A stretch of DNA of 54,220 bases from Paramecium tetraurelia. Its lineage: Eukaryota. Below, one piece after another: positions 54,101 through 54,220 of this stretch (within the stretch, counting starts at the first letter, position 1; every line of letters begins with the position of its first letter). The position numbers were made by a program, and so were the translations under genes. The notes under the pieces were generated by a model that saw nothing but the letters and a program-made list of their open reading frames with translations, made no database searches and was not told the DNA's origin. The stretch lies in the NCBI GenBank assembly GCA_000165425.1, contig CT867996.1:248001-302220 (forward strand), read 5' to 3'.

Positions 54101-54220
54101 GTTTTTTCTAAGGCACTCTTCAGCATTGCCTTATCTTAATGTAAACTAATAGAAAACTTGGCTTCAAGAAATTTTCTTTTAAATAGGCATAAAAGTTATT
54201 GTGATTTCAAAGAAAATTTG
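48157..54220 (-). CDS. Very large Pmp-like/pectin-lyase-fold (parallel beta-helix) surface protein with Cys-rich linker and multi-TM C-terminus; 5' end outside window
   Basis: N/I/S-rich ectodomain with GG[A/G/C]hy motifs (GGGFYI, GGCLYI, GGGIVI, GGAIYY, GGLFI). Cys-rich segment CYHLPQNCMGGW..SCLLGHIGALCEQCD, then ~9 TMs with LYNEYKKHAFYWEMLK. The 3' end depends on an intron near 48480-48505. Confidence 0.82.

Noticed and set aside
1..54220. Massive pseudogenisation or stop-codon readthrough suggested by fragmented ORFs
   Set aside because: Fully explained by genetic code 6 plus tiny introns; catalytic motifs are intact in most genes.

Overview
This is AT-rich, gene-dense eukaryotic DNA from a ciliate somatic (macronuclear) chromosome, almost certainly Paramecium. 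TAA and TAG encode Gln, TGA is the only stop, and genes carry tiny 20-35 nt GT..AG introns. The supplied ORF track (standard code) is therefore fragmented and largely misleading. Re-reading by hand with genetic code 6 gives about 22 genes. In order they are: a calpain (5'-truncated), a coiled-coil protein, a probable degenerate gene, a dual-specificity phosphatase, a TmcB-like multi-TM PAS protein, a GH5 endoglycoceramidase-like protein lacking its acid/base Glu, a myristoylated pseudokinase with poly-Q tails, a second coiled-coil protein, a second PAS/TM protein, a Myb-like protein, a TM-sensor-TM-HAMP-TPR-vWA receptor-like protein, ERGIC3/Erv46, a small protein with PP1-docking motifs, chitin synthase, a Shaker-type K+ channel, an ion-channel/adenylyl-cyclase fusion, NMD3, an SPP-like intramembrane protease, a dually acylated macrodomain-like protein with about 17 His/Glu-rich repeats, a Zn-finger/WD40 protein and a large Pmp-like beta-helix membrane protein (5'-truncated), plus two low-confidence small ORFs. 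I recognised no RNA genes, transposons, CRISPR arrays or retained IESs. Coordinates were derived manually and internal intron positions are only partly resolved.
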